A DNA stretch of 62,997 nucleotides, filler included, from Choristocarpus tenellus KU-1152 (GCA_964200185.2; 14 parts of 14 records of this genome joined end to end with filler, not necessarily neighbours in it), one strand, 5' to 3'; positions 25,131 to 39,100 are shown, counted from the whole stretch's first letter. The notes: a model not told the origin generated them from the letters alone. Program-made: numbers and translations.

Positions 25131-25328
25131 TGCCTAGAAGACAGGTGGACCACGTAATGGAAGGACGAAGGAAGAATGGGAAAAGGACTTCCTATTTTTT
25201 TCTTGCTCTCAACAAGTGCATTATAAAAATAAGCATTAGACATGCCTACATTGCAAAGAACAAAAGGAACTAACCTATATTACTGTCACCGTTGTGTTTT
25301 ACATGTTTAAACTGATATTCGAGGGTTT

Positions 25329-26118
25329 TGTTGATACCTGATTTCGTATGAGCTGTGCATTGTTGTGGTGTGACTAGTTCGTAGCGAAGGGTATCATAGT
25401 GCAAAAAAGCAGCGATGAATTTGTTCTAGTAGGTCTGATGACATGTTTTACTCAAGCAGACAATGATATGAAATTGAGTTTGGTTGTGCTGTGATCAACA
25501 TGTTTAGAGACAGGTGTGTATCATAGTGCAACAAGACACCGGCGGGTTTGGTCTGGTGCGTTCTCTCGGCATGGTCGACTCAATCAGACTATGATTGATG
25601 TGAAATGTGTGATCATTCATTGAAACACTCAAATGGAGGATTCTTGCTCTGTGAAGAGGCTTGTCACCTTAGCTGAGAAGGGTTTAAAGGATGGTTTTAA
25701 CTCTGGTTATATCACATCCCAGCGCGTCTGATATATGTATTGCAGAGTGAGCATGACGAATTATGATGGGGCAGTGCCAGTCGAGAAAAAATAATAATCA
25801 ACACATGATATCCAACTGACAACTTGTGTGAAGAAGAAGAAAGGGAAAAAACAAAGAAGAAACAGGGAGACAATCTTGAATCAATGTCTGAGGGAACTGG
25901 TGTGGCACATGTTATGTCCGTATGTGTAATAGAAAGCGACTGTTCTTATGCTCCTATTATGTACTGTGGTGTTCTGAAGGTGATTGATGGTGTTGTTATG
26001 AGGAGCTGATTATGTAAGTGAGCATAGCGACCATTACAATGGACAAATCAACATTCAGTATGGACTGACGATACTGTATCGTATCAGAAGAAATCAAATG
26101 AATAGCCTATGTTTAACA
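25329..26118 (+). mobile_element. Solo-LTR-like element (790 bp), TGTTGA...TTAACA, TSD GTTT
   Basis: TG...CA inverted termini, 4-bp duplication, second copy at 19021-19798. Confidence 0.75.
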
Positions 26119-26320
26119 GTTTTTAACATCGTGCAAGCTCTGCATAACCTTGTCGAGTTTAGTTTGCATTTTTACCACAGTTCGTATTTTAACAGTTTTA
26201 ACATCGTGCAAGCTCTGCATAACCTTGTCAAGTTTAGTTTGCATTTTTACCACAGTTCGTATTTTAACAGTTTTAACATCGTGCAAGCTCTGCACAACCT
26301 TGTAAAGTTTAGTTCGCATC
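26119..26320. repeat. ~75-bp tandem repeat, about 2.6 units
   Basis: Near-identical units; minus frame reads MQTKLDKVMQSLHDVKTVKIRTVVK repeats. Confidence 0.9.
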
Positions 26321-28079
26321 CTATGGGGTCCTAGGGCTATGTGTGGCATCACCAAACCCGTCATTGCAGCAGCGGATATCTGAAAGCTTTCCGAAAAGCA
26401 CCCTGAGTGATTATCTCCAGAGAAATGACTTTCCACCCCGGCCCCTCCTAATCTGACTTCAGCATCATGCATGCGTATCTCGAATTGACATCCATTCTCC
26501 CTTTTTTTCCTGTTGAGGTGAACATTAGGGCCGTGCTTACCGCTGCAAAGAAACTTGTGCTGAGATCTCGACGACGCCGCCTTGACAACCTTTTTTCGTT
26601 TCGTATAAATCGCTACAGAACCTTTGCCTCTCCTTCCTTCAGGTTTTGTCTGACGACAGTCAAAAACAGCCAAAGTTGATAGCGCCTGGAACAAGCCTTC
26701 GCCCCTGTAACTGCTACCCGCCCCAAACAGTTAATAAGGTGGGTTTGTGCGAGCGATAAGGTGTGACCCAAGAGTTTCCAGAACCCCTCCCTTTGCCGCT
26801 ACTATTTTGTGATTTAGAAAGTTTCAGGTCACTGTCAGAATACTCGACACTCTTAACCCATCTTTGCGATTTGGACGATCTGAGGTGCACCATCAAGGAA
26901 AAAGCTGGATGGAATAGAAGGGACATGAGTTCTCGATTTAGATCACATGAAGGTGGACTCCGTTGTATATAAAAGATATCATCTAATCAAAACACTCCTT
27001 TGGGAAGTTGGACAACATGAGATCCACCTTATTTAAAACCGATAATGACTACTCCAAGCTAATCGAAATGCGAGAAAAGTCTATCTGTAGAAGTGTCAAG
27101 GCGCCAAAATTCTCTGCAAAAGGGGGCAATCATAATCACCAGACTGAACTCTTCCACCTTGGAGGGTAGGACCGAGTTTCCCAGGTCTTGACCCTGCATC
27201 TCAAAGCCAATTGAGGAAATCCAGAACAGAACAAAAATCTTACAGATGTCACAGAATGACTGACCAACGTCACAGCAGGGAAAAGGATATGTCAGAATCA
27301 GGATAGATCTTTGTTCTGACAGTCCTTCTGACTGCTTGGTCAAATCCGGATCTTATAGGTGTGTCTGGTTTTGTGAACTCGTCGGTATGGGCAAGTTCCA
27401 ATGACATGTTGGCGCGCGCAAATGTATATGGCCGCGCGTCATATCCACAAAATGTGTGTGTTCGAGATCCCAGAAAAAGAATCTGTCTTTGACATTACCC
27501 CTTTTTAGTGTGGATTGTATACGACACGCACACAAACGTGGCTGGCGAGCACTTCATGTCCGACAGGTCCATCTTTGGGAGAAAAAAAAATGAAAAAAAA
27601 CATCCTAGTTGAATCAACTCAGGGAAATTTTTTTTTTGAAAGGTGGAGCACTAGTAGTGGTCAGCCCTAGGTCGCACTTTAGTAGTTTAAGAGAGAATCT
27701 GTGTTATAACAGGTGGAAAGCGCATTGAGAAAAATGGCGTGGACCTGTCTGTCTTGTACGTGCCCCTGTGGATGAAGGTTAGTATCACCACAGGTCCGGT
27801 ACATCAAGTCATCTATTGGGGAGCGTTATGGGGATAGTGTTAAGAGTAATTGGGAAACTCATCTCTTACGGTCACCTCTTTTACAACAACTTGCCTCTCC
27901 AAGGTGCTTGGACAAACAGAAAGTTGGACTTGAAATATTTGTTGTATTTGTATTTATTTGTTTTGTGTGAAAAACATATATTATGTATGTTGTAATAATA
28001 TTTTTGAATAATATGGATGCTTCTCGCAGATATACAGGACCAACCTGTGTTTGTGTTTCCAAATAAAACCTATCTTTCT

Positions 28080-29057
28080 ACCCCACGAGCCCCGAGTCGT
28101 CTGATAGATAAGCTCGAAATACCACTCGGACTCAGCCATGGTATGGTTCTTCAAGAATTTATCGGGGTTGCTTCCGCCATCTTCGTAGTGAAAATAAATA
28201 TTTTCCCTATTTGTGGACTCTGATGGCAACTCACCAGGGCGGCAACCCACTAGTATAGAGGCATTCATTGCACTTTCCGGTTCACAAGAAGGGATATTAC
28301 AAGTATTGGAGGAGGCTTGATTGCTATTAGGTGGACGTCCGGTTGGTGTTAGTTCAAGTTCTTCAGCTGTTGTAGTGGCAGGTGCCTTTTTTTTGTGACA
28401 AGGCGCTTGGTCAGTGGCTCTTACACTAGGGAGGTCCAACTTGTTCTCTTCCCTATAGGCTGCGATCATCTCTGCACATTCAGGTATTTCAGCGGGTTTG
28501 CATCATACATCACTGGCTGGTGAATGTCCTTGAAGGTGAAGCCGGTATAAATAATTGCAAGTGGTCTTTCTTCCTACACCTCGCTTATGGTTAACAATGC
28601 CCTCTACATTGAAAGACTCAATAGAGCCAAAGTACCTTAGAGGGTAGAGCCGCGTCCATTTGGGGACCAAAATCCATTGTTGCGATTTGATGTAATTTTG
28701 GCTATCGTGCTTGTTAGGAAGTGTCAATATCCTTATTCCGGAACAACCTTTTCATAACTCATACATTTCCCTACTCCGAAACATTTTGGAGTAGGAAAAT
28801 ATCATGAAAAGAATCGTGGGATTCCAAGCACCAAAATGGACAAACAGGGCAGAACCCATACCCTCTAAGATACTTTCATTCAATAGTTGGCTATGTCTTT
28901 GACCCCTGATCAAGACTTGGTTCGGGTAATACCCGGCCTAAAAAGAGTGAATTAAGGGCATCTATGTCAGCTTCAGTGGCGATTCCTTCCTTAAAGGGTT
29001 TAAGTCTGGCCATATGAACTGTCACTTCACACCGATCTTCCAAATGTTTTATGTGAT
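28080..29057 (-). mobile_element. Ty3/gypsy chromovirus-type integrase C-terminus with chromodomain
   Basis: VHMARLKPF then FNVEGIVNHK...YLYRLHLQGHSPASDV...MIAAY. Confidence 0.75.
28624..28881 (+). mobile_element. MITE family A, TSD AATA
   Basis: TIRs and 4-bp TSD. Confidence 0.9.
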
Positions 29058-29499
29058 GGCTCAAAGTATCTGGGTAGGTGGGTGGGTCTACACCAGGGTG
29101 TCAATTCGGGCCGACCAGGAGAAGTACACTTACGTTATCCATCTGACACATGCAACCAAATTCACCCAAAAATCGTGACATGGAAAAATGGGCTCTGAAT
29201 GGACAGTCACCCCCCNNNNNNNNNNNNNNNNNNNNNNNNNNNNNNNNNNNNNNNNNNNNTTAATTAATTAANNNNNNNNNNNNNNNNNNNNNNNNNNNNN
29301 NNNNNNNNNNNNNNNGAGTAAGAAAATAGGAATGTGCAAAATAATAATAATAATCCAGAATTCGTGAGCAAAACAAAAGCATATTCTTAACAAATACCAC
29401 GATTATTAGTCGATTCTACGACTAATTCTTGAAACTCTCCAAGATTAGCTCATCGATTGCGATTACCACGATTACTAGTTGTAGTCGTCAGACGTGTGC

Positions 29500-31804
29500 A
29501 ATGCTACTTTAAAGTTATCCCGATATTGTACCATTTGGCACATAGTCGGATGCCCGGTTTTATATAAAGTGGTACAAAATCACATTTTATACCACATTAA
29601 GTTTGTTCCGATTTTTTCGGGCATGCCCATGGGTGAACAAAATCGGGTAACCCACTGTATTCTTATCATTTTGAATGTTCCTGTTGCAGCGTGGAGGTGC
29701 ACAACATTCTCACAACCCTCATGGCGAGCCCCCACAGCCCTTCGTCCCCGGCACGAAGCCCATCGTCTTGGGGAAAGAACTGCGAGCTGACTGAGGAAGG
29801 TCGGACCGAACTTGCTCTGCATTACACATTGGCTCTTCCACTGGGTGACGAGAGGCTCTCGAAGTGTGGAGTCTAAATTGGCGAAATAATTTGGAGTGGA
29901 AGAGAGACACCCTAGACGAGTGTGGGTATGCGTCAAAGAGCAGTTAGAAAGGGGGAATATCGTTTCTCTGAAATCACAAGCATGATCTGGACGGCCGTCG
30001 GACTTTATGCCAACGAAAAAGGCGAAGATCCAGGAAATCAACACCAGTAATCGCACACTGGCTATCGACCAACTTTCCACCAAGTTCACCGAAGCAGGCC
30101 TCGCAGTCGGCAGCTCGAAGCCATGAGGGCAATGAGGGTTTAGTGGCGCATCACCCCTAGCCTTTCTTTTTCTCAAAAGAAGAACAGGGTGGACTTCATC
30201 CTCGACCAGATCTCCCATAACCGCAAAACCTACAGGACTGGCCTCAACACCATTCACGTCGATGACGTGTGGTTCTACCTCATCCACGAACAAGAGATGG
30301 TGCGCATGTTCCCGGAGGAGGAAGAGGTAGGCTCGATGAAGGTGCAGCACAAGAGTCACATTCCCAAAGTGATGTTCATCTCCGCCGTTTTGCACCCGGA
30401 TCCTTCCCATGATTTCCACAGCAATCGAATGGATGGCGAGGTTGTTTGGGGGTTAAATGTTGCACGACATAATGTTTGAATATTACATTTTCGACTTGAT
30501 TATAATGTGACACAGCACATGCTTCGTTTTTTTAAATTCTACTAGAGTGTGTGTGTATAGAACGTAACCCCTTCTGCTACCTGTTGGCTATGAATTCAAC
30601 TTAACTACATATTGTGAAGTACACTTATGGTACATACAGCGCAAGTATTCAACACAACGATGTGCACTTGAGGTCTGTGGTGGGTAGAGTGGGGGGTCAC
30701 AGTTTTTTTTTTCTTAAAACCTAGTGATTATCTAGCTATTTAGACAGCAGAGTGAACAACAACATGAGGCATCAAACTGTTAACTCTGTCAGCGAATGTA
30801 TCTGGGAGGTTTGCATCACGAAGGAGGCACAATGGACTACATTGTGATACACAAAGGGGAAGGAGTACGAGGTCGACATCGCCGTCGATGCTGAGTGGTA
30901 CCTGGAGTGGTACACGGAGCAGCTTTTGCCAGCGATCAAGGAAAAAATTCTGCGGATGGAATTAGGGGGGGCCTCCATACAGCAGGACGGCGCGACCCCA
31001 CATGTGGGCAAGGGCACGGTGCAAAAGCTGAACACAGCAGGGATCGAGGAGGGATGGAACATTAAGCTTGTGACACAGCCAGTACAGTTGCCAGATCTCA
31101 GCATCAATGATTTGGAGTGTTTTGCATCTCTGAAGAGCAGAGTTTGGGTGGAGCGTTATGGCACCGTTGATAAACTTGTAGAGGGGGTTTCAAGCATGTT
31201 CCACGCGTACAACGACACAGACACGCTCGAGGGGGGTGGCAGAGTCTGTTTAAGAGGTACAATCAAGGTGTTAAGGCACTGGGGGGGAAACGGAGTGAAA
31301 GTATCGTAGAGAGTACGAGTTTTGCCCTGTTTGTCCATTTGGGGCCTGGCTTCCCATGGGTTCTTTTATAGCATTTTCCTACTCCAAAATGTTGAGGAGT
31401 AGGTGAAGTGTATATGTTATGAAAAGGTGTGTCCGGAAATATGGGTATTTGACACTTCCTAACAAATACGATAGCCAAAATTCAATCAAAATCGCAACAT
31501 TGGATTTTTCCCCCAAATGGACGCGGCTCTACCCTCTAAGATACTTTGGCTCAACGATTTCGAGGTAGAAAACACTGGGATCAAAAGAAAGCAGTGGGAG
31601 GGTGGGTTGGCTAGATCAGTTGAAGTAGACCGAGTGGCCTCTACGATGGCCCTGGATTGGTGGGTTGGTAGTGTCGAATAAAGGCAAGGCATAATTTTTT
31701 AATATAAAATATTCCAAAGAATCCAACCCAAGGGTCCGTTTTGTAATCGGAGGTCATCCCAAAGAGGTACAATTTAGCGGGCCAAAGTTATGGGACATAG
31801 GGAG
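29500..31804 (+). mobile_element. Plant-type mariner (DD39D-related) transposon, degenerate, with insertions at ~30420-30790 and 31293-31552
   Basis: IHVDDVWFYL, VQHKSHIPKVMF, IQQDGATPH, QPVQLPDLSINDL; right TIR reads CTCCCTATGTCCCATAA on the minus strand with flanking TA; left end approximate. Confidence 0.85.
31293..31552 (-). mobile_element. MITE family A, TSD AACG
   Basis: Removing element plus 4 bp restores mariner GGNDFEV. Confidence 0.92.
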
Positions 31805-32448
31805 TATTGGCATCTATCACAAAAACCATGATCTCCCATCTCACCTCGCTTTCACTTGTTCTTTTCCATATTCAGGTGATGAGTCTGGTTAATAGTTTAC
31901 TCAAACACATCATGGGAGCACACATGACTCTCAAGGGTGACACATCTGAGTCAGAGTATACGAGAGGTACCCAGTTTTTGACCGTTTTGCATCATAAGCC
32001 AGTTTTTCAATCTTTTTCAATTCGCCAATATTTCTATGGATGAAGTGTAAATTTTGGCTTGAGAGGGTTGAATTTCTCTGTTCGGAACTTTTCGACGCAA
32101 TTCAGAAAATGTCCTATACTCACCAATAAAAAGCCGAATTTTGCACATATTTGCAGGCATCCTTAAAATGCACTTTGGTTACCTCTCATTTATTTCGATT
32201 CATCTGTGGAAGTGTCTCTAGTCATCCCCATTATCTATGATATATGAGAGGAGCTGGAGGAAACAGTGCAAGCCTGCAGCACCTTTGAAGCCATCACCCC
32301 TGAACTGGTGGAAGCGAAAAATACTGTACGCCAATGTGCAGGAGAGGAGTGATGCTGACTAATATCATTAACTACTTTGGTAGATTGAGCCAGGAATATT
32401 GCCCCGAACTCTACGGGTGAGAATAGGCAGTCAAGAGGATTAAATGGA

Positions 32449-32712
32449 GAGTCAAAGTATCATTTTAGAGGGTATATAGTCGTGTCTATTTGGGGGCCAA
32501 AATCCAATGTTGCAATTTTGATGTAATTTTAGCTATCATGTTTGTTAGGAAATGTCAATATCCTTGTTCTGGACACATCTTTTCATAACATATACATTTT
32601 ACCTACTCCGAAACAGTTTGGTGTAGGTAAAATGTCATTTAAAACCCGTGGGAAGCCAAGCCCCAAATGGACAAACAGGGCAAAACTCGTACCCTCTAAG
32701 ATACTTTCACTC
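32449..32712 (+). mobile_element. MITE family A, TSD TGGA
   Basis: TIRs and 4-bp TSD. Confidence 0.92.
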
Positions 32713-33082
32713 TGGAAACAGGTCCTGGCTACTTGTTTTGGCCCCAGAATCAAAATCCTTTACGTCATTCCAGAGAATGACCATGAGGATATTTGGAGGC
32801 AGGTGGAGTTGGAAGTCTAGGGCGTTGTGGAGGAGGAGCACAGACCACAGGAGGTAGAGAGCAGTCCTGTTGTGGAACCAAGCCTGCATACACGTATTGT
32901 TACCGGCGATATGTCTTGATGGCGGTTTCATAAACACCATTATGACCTTGAAGTCCTAGATTTGATATATTTGTACTTCTTGACAATATATTTGTTATTT
33001 AGTTATTATCAGGTGGTACATCGTTGCCAGTTCCTTTCTTTTATGACGATTTTGATGATACTTCCGAAGGGAAAATCCAAGT

Positions 33083-33266
33083 GACTCAAAGTATCTGGAG
33101 TGTGTGTGGCAGCTGCCTATTTGGGGCCCATTTTTCCATGTCGTGATTTTTGGTTGATTTGGATTGCATGCGTTGGATGGATAACGTAAGTGCACTTTGC
33201 CTGGTCAGGGCAAAAATGGACACCATGGTGTAGATCCCCACCCCCCCACCCCAGGTACTTTGAGCC
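33083..33266. mobile_element. MITE family B (~185 bp, G(A/G)C(T/C)CAAAGTATCTGG termini), TSD AGT; other copies 12914-12970, 29058-29215, 58073-58240, 58445-58617, 62946-62997; related terminus at 33309
   Basis: TIR GACTCAAAGTA/TACTTTGAGCC; 3-bp duplication; internal similarity between copies. Confidence 0.85.
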
Positions 33267-34079
33267 AGTGAGAGATCCAGCATACTGGACGACTTGTGCA
33301 TCAGGAGTGACCCAAAGTATCTGGGGGGGGGGGGGGGGGTTTTCAAAAAGGACACATTGGGCCAAAACACGGAAAAAGGGACCTTACGTTTCAACACANN
33401 NNNNNNNNNNNNNNNNNNNNNNNNNNNNNNNNNNNNNNNNNNTTAATTAATTAANNNNNNNNNNNNNNNNNNNNNNNNNNNNNNNNNNNNNNNNNNNNTG
33501 AGGCTACTTCACAAGGTGTTTCTAGATCGTTGGAATTGGATGGAAGTTATATGTACATCCCCCAAAAAGTAGGAATATTCCAAATTAAAAAAAAATATAT
33601 ATATATATGTAGAACCATATCCTGTGTGAGAGGTATGTTCACAGGATTGTATGGGTATATATATAGAGTGATGTGTGGCAGTCACCTCCTGTGTCAACTT
33701 TGTCCTCCCATAACTATTGATCAACTACAAATTGTTACATGGAAATTCGTTTGTTCTAACCGCATCGGCATGCTCAACCTTATTTGATGGGTCTCGGTTG
33801 GTCAACTTACAGTAATCGCGAGAAATACAGGACTATACTTAAATCAAGTGGTCCGCGCGCACGGTTTGTACAGTGATGCCACGCGGCGAGCGTAAACCGC
33901 GCATTTAAGGACGATTTTGACCTGAAAAGATCATCTTCACTCAGAGAACATGGGCGTTGTTGTCTCTCCATTCTCTTTCCATTATTTCCCGTTTATGCGA
34001 TGTTATTACCTGCTGGATCCTACGGCTCACTCATGGTGGCCCAGGCCTCTGAACCAGACAATCCATGCCAAGTCAAATG

Positions 34080-34400
34080 AGGCATTCTGAAGATGCAGGC
34101 CTCTTGAGAGACTTAAATGTCTTGTACACCCCGTCCAATTTGGTGCACTCCATGCCTTTCTCATTGGAATACTCAGGTGGTAAGCAATGTTCAACCTGAA
34201 GAACCTCTTCACAATTGCTCTGGACAGCCCCCCTTCCTTCTTAAGACTGACAGGAATGTTGACTCTCATTCCAGGCAACGTGTAGTCACAGTTCCCTCAT
34301 ACATAGTGCTTCGCCCATCCCCAGACCATCCCTATGGGGTTCAATTTCCAGTGGTACTTTGGAAGTATTAAGCAGTGTCCTCCAAGACGCTCAACCAGAA
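34080..34400 (-). mobile_element. IS630/Tc1-like (DDE_3-type) transposase C-terminal remnant
   Basis: PKYHWKLNPIGMVWGWAKHYV matches the PKFHCELNPIExxWG motif. Confidence 0.7.
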
Positions 34401-34465
34401 TCGTGTCCTGTGAGTGACTTAAACAGTATTAAGCCGAGGTTAGCCCACGAACCGTTTTGGCGGTT

Positions 34466-34777
34466 ACCAACCTTGATTTTTTTTTAAAGGGTTGCCCAAC
34501 GAGTTAATCAACAATAAGCATATCAAATGAAAGCTCTGGATCTAAGCTATCGACTGGTTCAAATGAATTCTTTCGGAGAAATATGTTTGGTCGTGACAAT
34601 TCATTCCGGAACATTTCCAAGGTTGTGCCGAAAATATTCGGTTAATGTTTAACCTTACCAAATAATTTTCCGAACACATTCCTTTGGACCAGTGATAGCT
34701 TAGATCCAGTGTTTTCATTTAATATGCTTGTCGTCGTTTAACTCGTTGGGCAACCCTTCCAAGAAATCAAGATTGGT
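34466..34777. mobile_element. Foldback/MITE with ~125-bp imperfect inverted arms
   Basis: AAGGGTTGCCCAACGAGTTAA and CTGGATCTAAGCTATC blocks recur as reverse complements. Confidence 0.75.
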
Positions 34778-35791
34778 CTCATCCTAGAGGCGACTGCAAC
34801 ACGATAGTTACCCACCCGTATTGGGAGTGGCACAGAGGACTCGAGAAATACAGCATTTAGTGTTGGTGTAACAATGAAATATTTCGACGTATTTTGAACT
34901 AGTTGGTGTGTAAGTCATGGAAAGTGAAAGGAGCACAAACATTCTGTGTATTCTGGCAATGGTAGACACCAAATGATACACATCTCTGGATATTAGTGTG
35001 TGGGACTACTCTTCCAGGGCTTACAATTTTTTTCCAAGTGTGTGATTACGCTAAATATATGACAAAAATAGTAGAAATATTTACTATTAGAGGAGTACAT
35101 ACTATACACGTTTTCGATAATCCCACCGAACAATGAGTAGGGTGTACCAGATATTTACTTGTGGAGGGCTCAACAAGAAAGGACGTGGAGCATTCTATGT
35201 ATTAGGTGGTAGGTGTTGTAATTGGTGAATGGGAGCCGATGACTTGATATACGACTTCCAGTGTGGCAGCACTACTAATGATGAAAGAGACTGATGTAGT
35301 CCCAGCAATACATACATACCATTAATTCATAGATCGCCATGTGTGAGAGGCCAAACACACTTCATCTTTACTGCCTTGTTGCTTGGAGTTAAAGTAAGCG
35401 AGAGGTACCCAGGGAAATGCATCCCACTCCAAGCATACGCAAATCAATTTTAGTACTTCATCCATAGAAATATGGGTGAATCGCAGAACATTAAAAAGTA
35501 GCCAAAAATGTAGAAAGTCCAAAACCTGGGGTACCTCTCGTTAACCTTTGCTCTTGTTATTGTTTTTGACCTGCGGAGCTTTGTGATAGGAACGGGGTCT
35601 GACCCAGCTAGTTGGGATGCCGTGTGGTGGTATGGGATCCATTTGCAGTGTAGCAGCTATTTGAACAGAACCCAACTAATTGATGTTTCGATGCATCATG
35701 TATATGTGTTGTGAGTTGAATGAACGACAAATGAATGCCCCTCTTTGGACCCTGTGTGCATGATCCTTCCTTGATGCTGGTTGGAAGAGCT

Positions 35792-36128
35792 TGTGCAAAT
35801 TACCTTGGGAGGTAATGCTATTTGTTTGTAGAGAACATAAGAAGGTGTGAAGCCTCACGCGACCCCCTTTGCTGAACGTGATTACATGGCTGAAAGAAGA
35901 GAAGAGTGACCTTTGTGTGTGGTGTCTTCTCATTACTTGTTTATTATTTATTTGTGCTTCACATACATAAGTCCATGGTTATGTTAAAGTAGTTGGATGC
36001 AGAATAAAAACCAGTATATAATCCCATACATAATCCGGATGTAATATCTTATTAGTTACATCACATGGACTCAATTCAACACAATAATCNNNNNNNNNNG
36101 TACACCTCACTATTGTCCTATTTGCACA
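35792..36128 (-). mobile_element. Solo LTR of the copia family at 38446-42911, TSD GAGCT
   Basis: TGTGCAA...TTGCACA termini, perfect 5-bp TSD; 35793-35858 matches 42846-42911; spans a 10-N gap. Confidence 0.85.
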
Positions 36129-39100
36129 GAGCTATCACAGGTGATATGATTATCTACAGGCTGAACGGCTGTGAAGAATACCGATTTGACCTCTCTTTAT
36201 TGCAATATTCAAGCATACAATAAGTTTGTCTACTACTGCAACATTCATTATAACCCTCCTCGTTTTTCTCATTTTTACCACACGTTTCCCCTTTCTTCTC
36301 ACCAGCATTATATCTATATAGTTGTGCATTTCATTGCACTATTTTATCCTTCTGATTTCCTCGTTTTTTGTGCTATGGTCTTGGGTGCGATAATATTGAA
36401 CTTACGCGAGTGATGGTCGGTGTTAGTCAACCAATGAATCAATATTTTTTATGTAGTCTTATGCTCAGCGACATGGAGTTTACCCTTTCGGAGATATAGT
36501 CTTGTATGATAAGTCGCCGAAGACTTTCTGGGTCACACTGCTCGATTCCTGGAGCTACGGAGATGTGGGGCTGTGGGTTACTGGGTACTATGTTGGTCCT
36601 GTTGCCCCAAAACATAGATCTTGATCTCATATATGTCCTTTCTGCAAGTAGTAGTATATGCAGTGAGCACTCATTCTCGATTTATTTTTTTCTCGCTGTT
36701 TTCTGTTGTTCCACGTCCCCCCCCCAAAAGGTTTCAATACGAAAAAAGGTGTTTTTTGGTACAGAAATGTCTTCCTCTCAGAGTCTGCAGGTGTCTTCCT
36801 CCTCTCCTGAGTTGCACCACCTCACGCACCATAATAGTGACTTGTTTGAAGGTATGAAGTACACACAATAATAATACTAGCCGCAACAAGCACTAGTTGG
36901 TAGCCACATAGAATGACTAGCTCCTTAAAGGAGTTGCCTTGTTTGGTCAAATCGGGACACCATACATGCTGCCTTAAAATGACCAGGAACAAAAAATGAA
37001 AAAAAAAAATCTAACTAATTGTTGTGTACTTCGAAGTACGTTGTATCACACACTCACTGCTGCGACTTGTTCTGCTGCATGCATGTGCAGGGATATAGCT
37101 CTGTGGAGCATGTACCCCTGGTTGAAAGTTATACAGACCTGTCTGACGACTTCGCTGTTTGTTGGTTGGATGCCCTCTCTGTTGTTTGTGATCTTTGTTG
37201 ATGCTTGTCCTGTTGGGTCGTCCTGTCTGGTGGTTTGTCAATCCAACTTGTGCATCAGACTTCGGGACTGAATCTCCTTCTCTTTCTGCGACATGCTATG
37301 CTCTCAAGCACTCTGCCACTTCTAATTGTTGTTCCAACTCAGCGACTGTCATTACCACCCAGCACCAGGGATCCAGAGCTGTACTTTCATTTAATCATAC
37401 ATAGGGCATATTATTCTAAGGTGAAGAGAGAGCAATTTTCCGTTTGATTAAGTGAGTGGTTATACAACTGTACATACACATACACATACAAGGCAATACT
37501 GACTGCTCATTTTGCACTCGGTGGGAAGGGAGTGGAGTAATTTTGTTTCGCTTTCAGCTGGCACTGAAATTTTGATGGGGCCGCATGAGAAGGGTGGAAT
37601 GTTGGTTGCCCTCTGAATCAAGTGTTGCTGAATTTTTGGTCTGACAGCTTCTCTTTCCTACTCCAGTCATTGTATATCATGAGCTTCAACTTATTTTGGG
37701 TAACCGCCATCTAATTGAACACATCACTAATTAGCCCTCAACCCAACTCGGTTGATGAATCGAAATATGAAAAACATTCCTTTCATAACAAGGCTCCCTC
37801 TCGCATTGAGGTGTGTTCAAAACACCCCCCCTACGATTCACTGACCTCATCATTATTCAATAAATTAAATTCATGCGGTTGATCGCGAAACCTCAACTTA
37901 CCTCACCCCCTCACTTAAAAGAAGAAAAATATTGGTCCTGTGAGCAACAGAGTACAACAGTAGTAGTGTAAGGCTAGCCCATCTATTTCCCATAGCCCAA
38001 CCCTATCAAGCACACTAGTACGTCACAATGGAAGCAGTAATATGTGTATCAAGCTGAGCAGATTAGATTTGTTTCCTTTACTGATCTTTGACCCTAATGC
38101 ATATTGAAGGTAAATATTTCCTTTATCTCGAGCTACTATGACCATAAACGTTCTTTGTGTTCTTTCTTTACGAGGTTCTGGTTTTTGGGGTGTCACCTCG
38201 CACTAACGTCACACCCAGTCTTCACGGACATCATTTATGTATAAGAAGGTATTCGTTTGATGATTGGTGCGTTCCCGCTTTAAACAGCCTCTCACCAAAA
38301 TTGAGGATGGAGCATACTATGGAGGATGGATTTGACTCAAAATGGNNNNNNNNNNNNNNNNNNNNNNNNNNNNNNNNNNNNNNNNNNNNTTAATTAATTA
38401 ANNNNNNNNNNNNNNNNNNNNNNNNNNNNNNNNNNNNNNNNNNNNCTAGGTATCGTAGAACATGTTGCAGCCCTTTCCAGTGTCGATTGCATGGAGATGC
38501 TGCATATCTTCCCAGTTCCCGCACACTGTTGGATAGGTCTGGTCGTGTCATCCCAGCTAGGAACATAAGTTTCCCCAGGATGGTGCGGTAAGGTTTGTAC
38601 CTCTGGTCCAGCTCCTCCTCGTTAGTTCTCCTTGTGGTCAGGTCCATTCCTGGGTTTGAAGGTGATGAGGTACTCCGTACTTCTGTGGGTGCCATTCCTT
38701 TGCAAACAGTGCTCTCTGCATAGAAACGTTGGTCTAGTGTGATGCCAGCCTCATTCCGGTTGATTGCCACCCCGACTAACTTACCTGGGTCCCGAGGTCC
38801 CGTCCTTCGTTCTTGGTAAGTAGATTGCTCTTCATCCTTGTTATTTACTCGTGGAAGTCTCCAGTCACCGAGATGTCATCCAAGTGGTGAAAAAGGACAG
38901 CGATCCTACCATCTTGACTCCTTTTCACATATAGGCAGGCGTCAAAGTTGCTAACACTCCACCCCTCAGCTAAGATTTTTCCCTCTAGTTCCTTGTACCA
39001 CTCCATTGCTGATTGCTTAAGGCCATAGATGGTCCTGGCAGCTTTTACGATGGATCCATTTTGGGCAGTTGTAGCCATACATCTTCAGGGAGTGGTGCGT

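Noticed and set aside
26700-27350. Possible Ulp1/SENP protease remnant (ILTYPF)
   Set aside because: Too degenerate; no catalytic motifs seen
29580-30419. 279-aa minus-strand ORF
   Set aside because: Antisense to the mariner transposase
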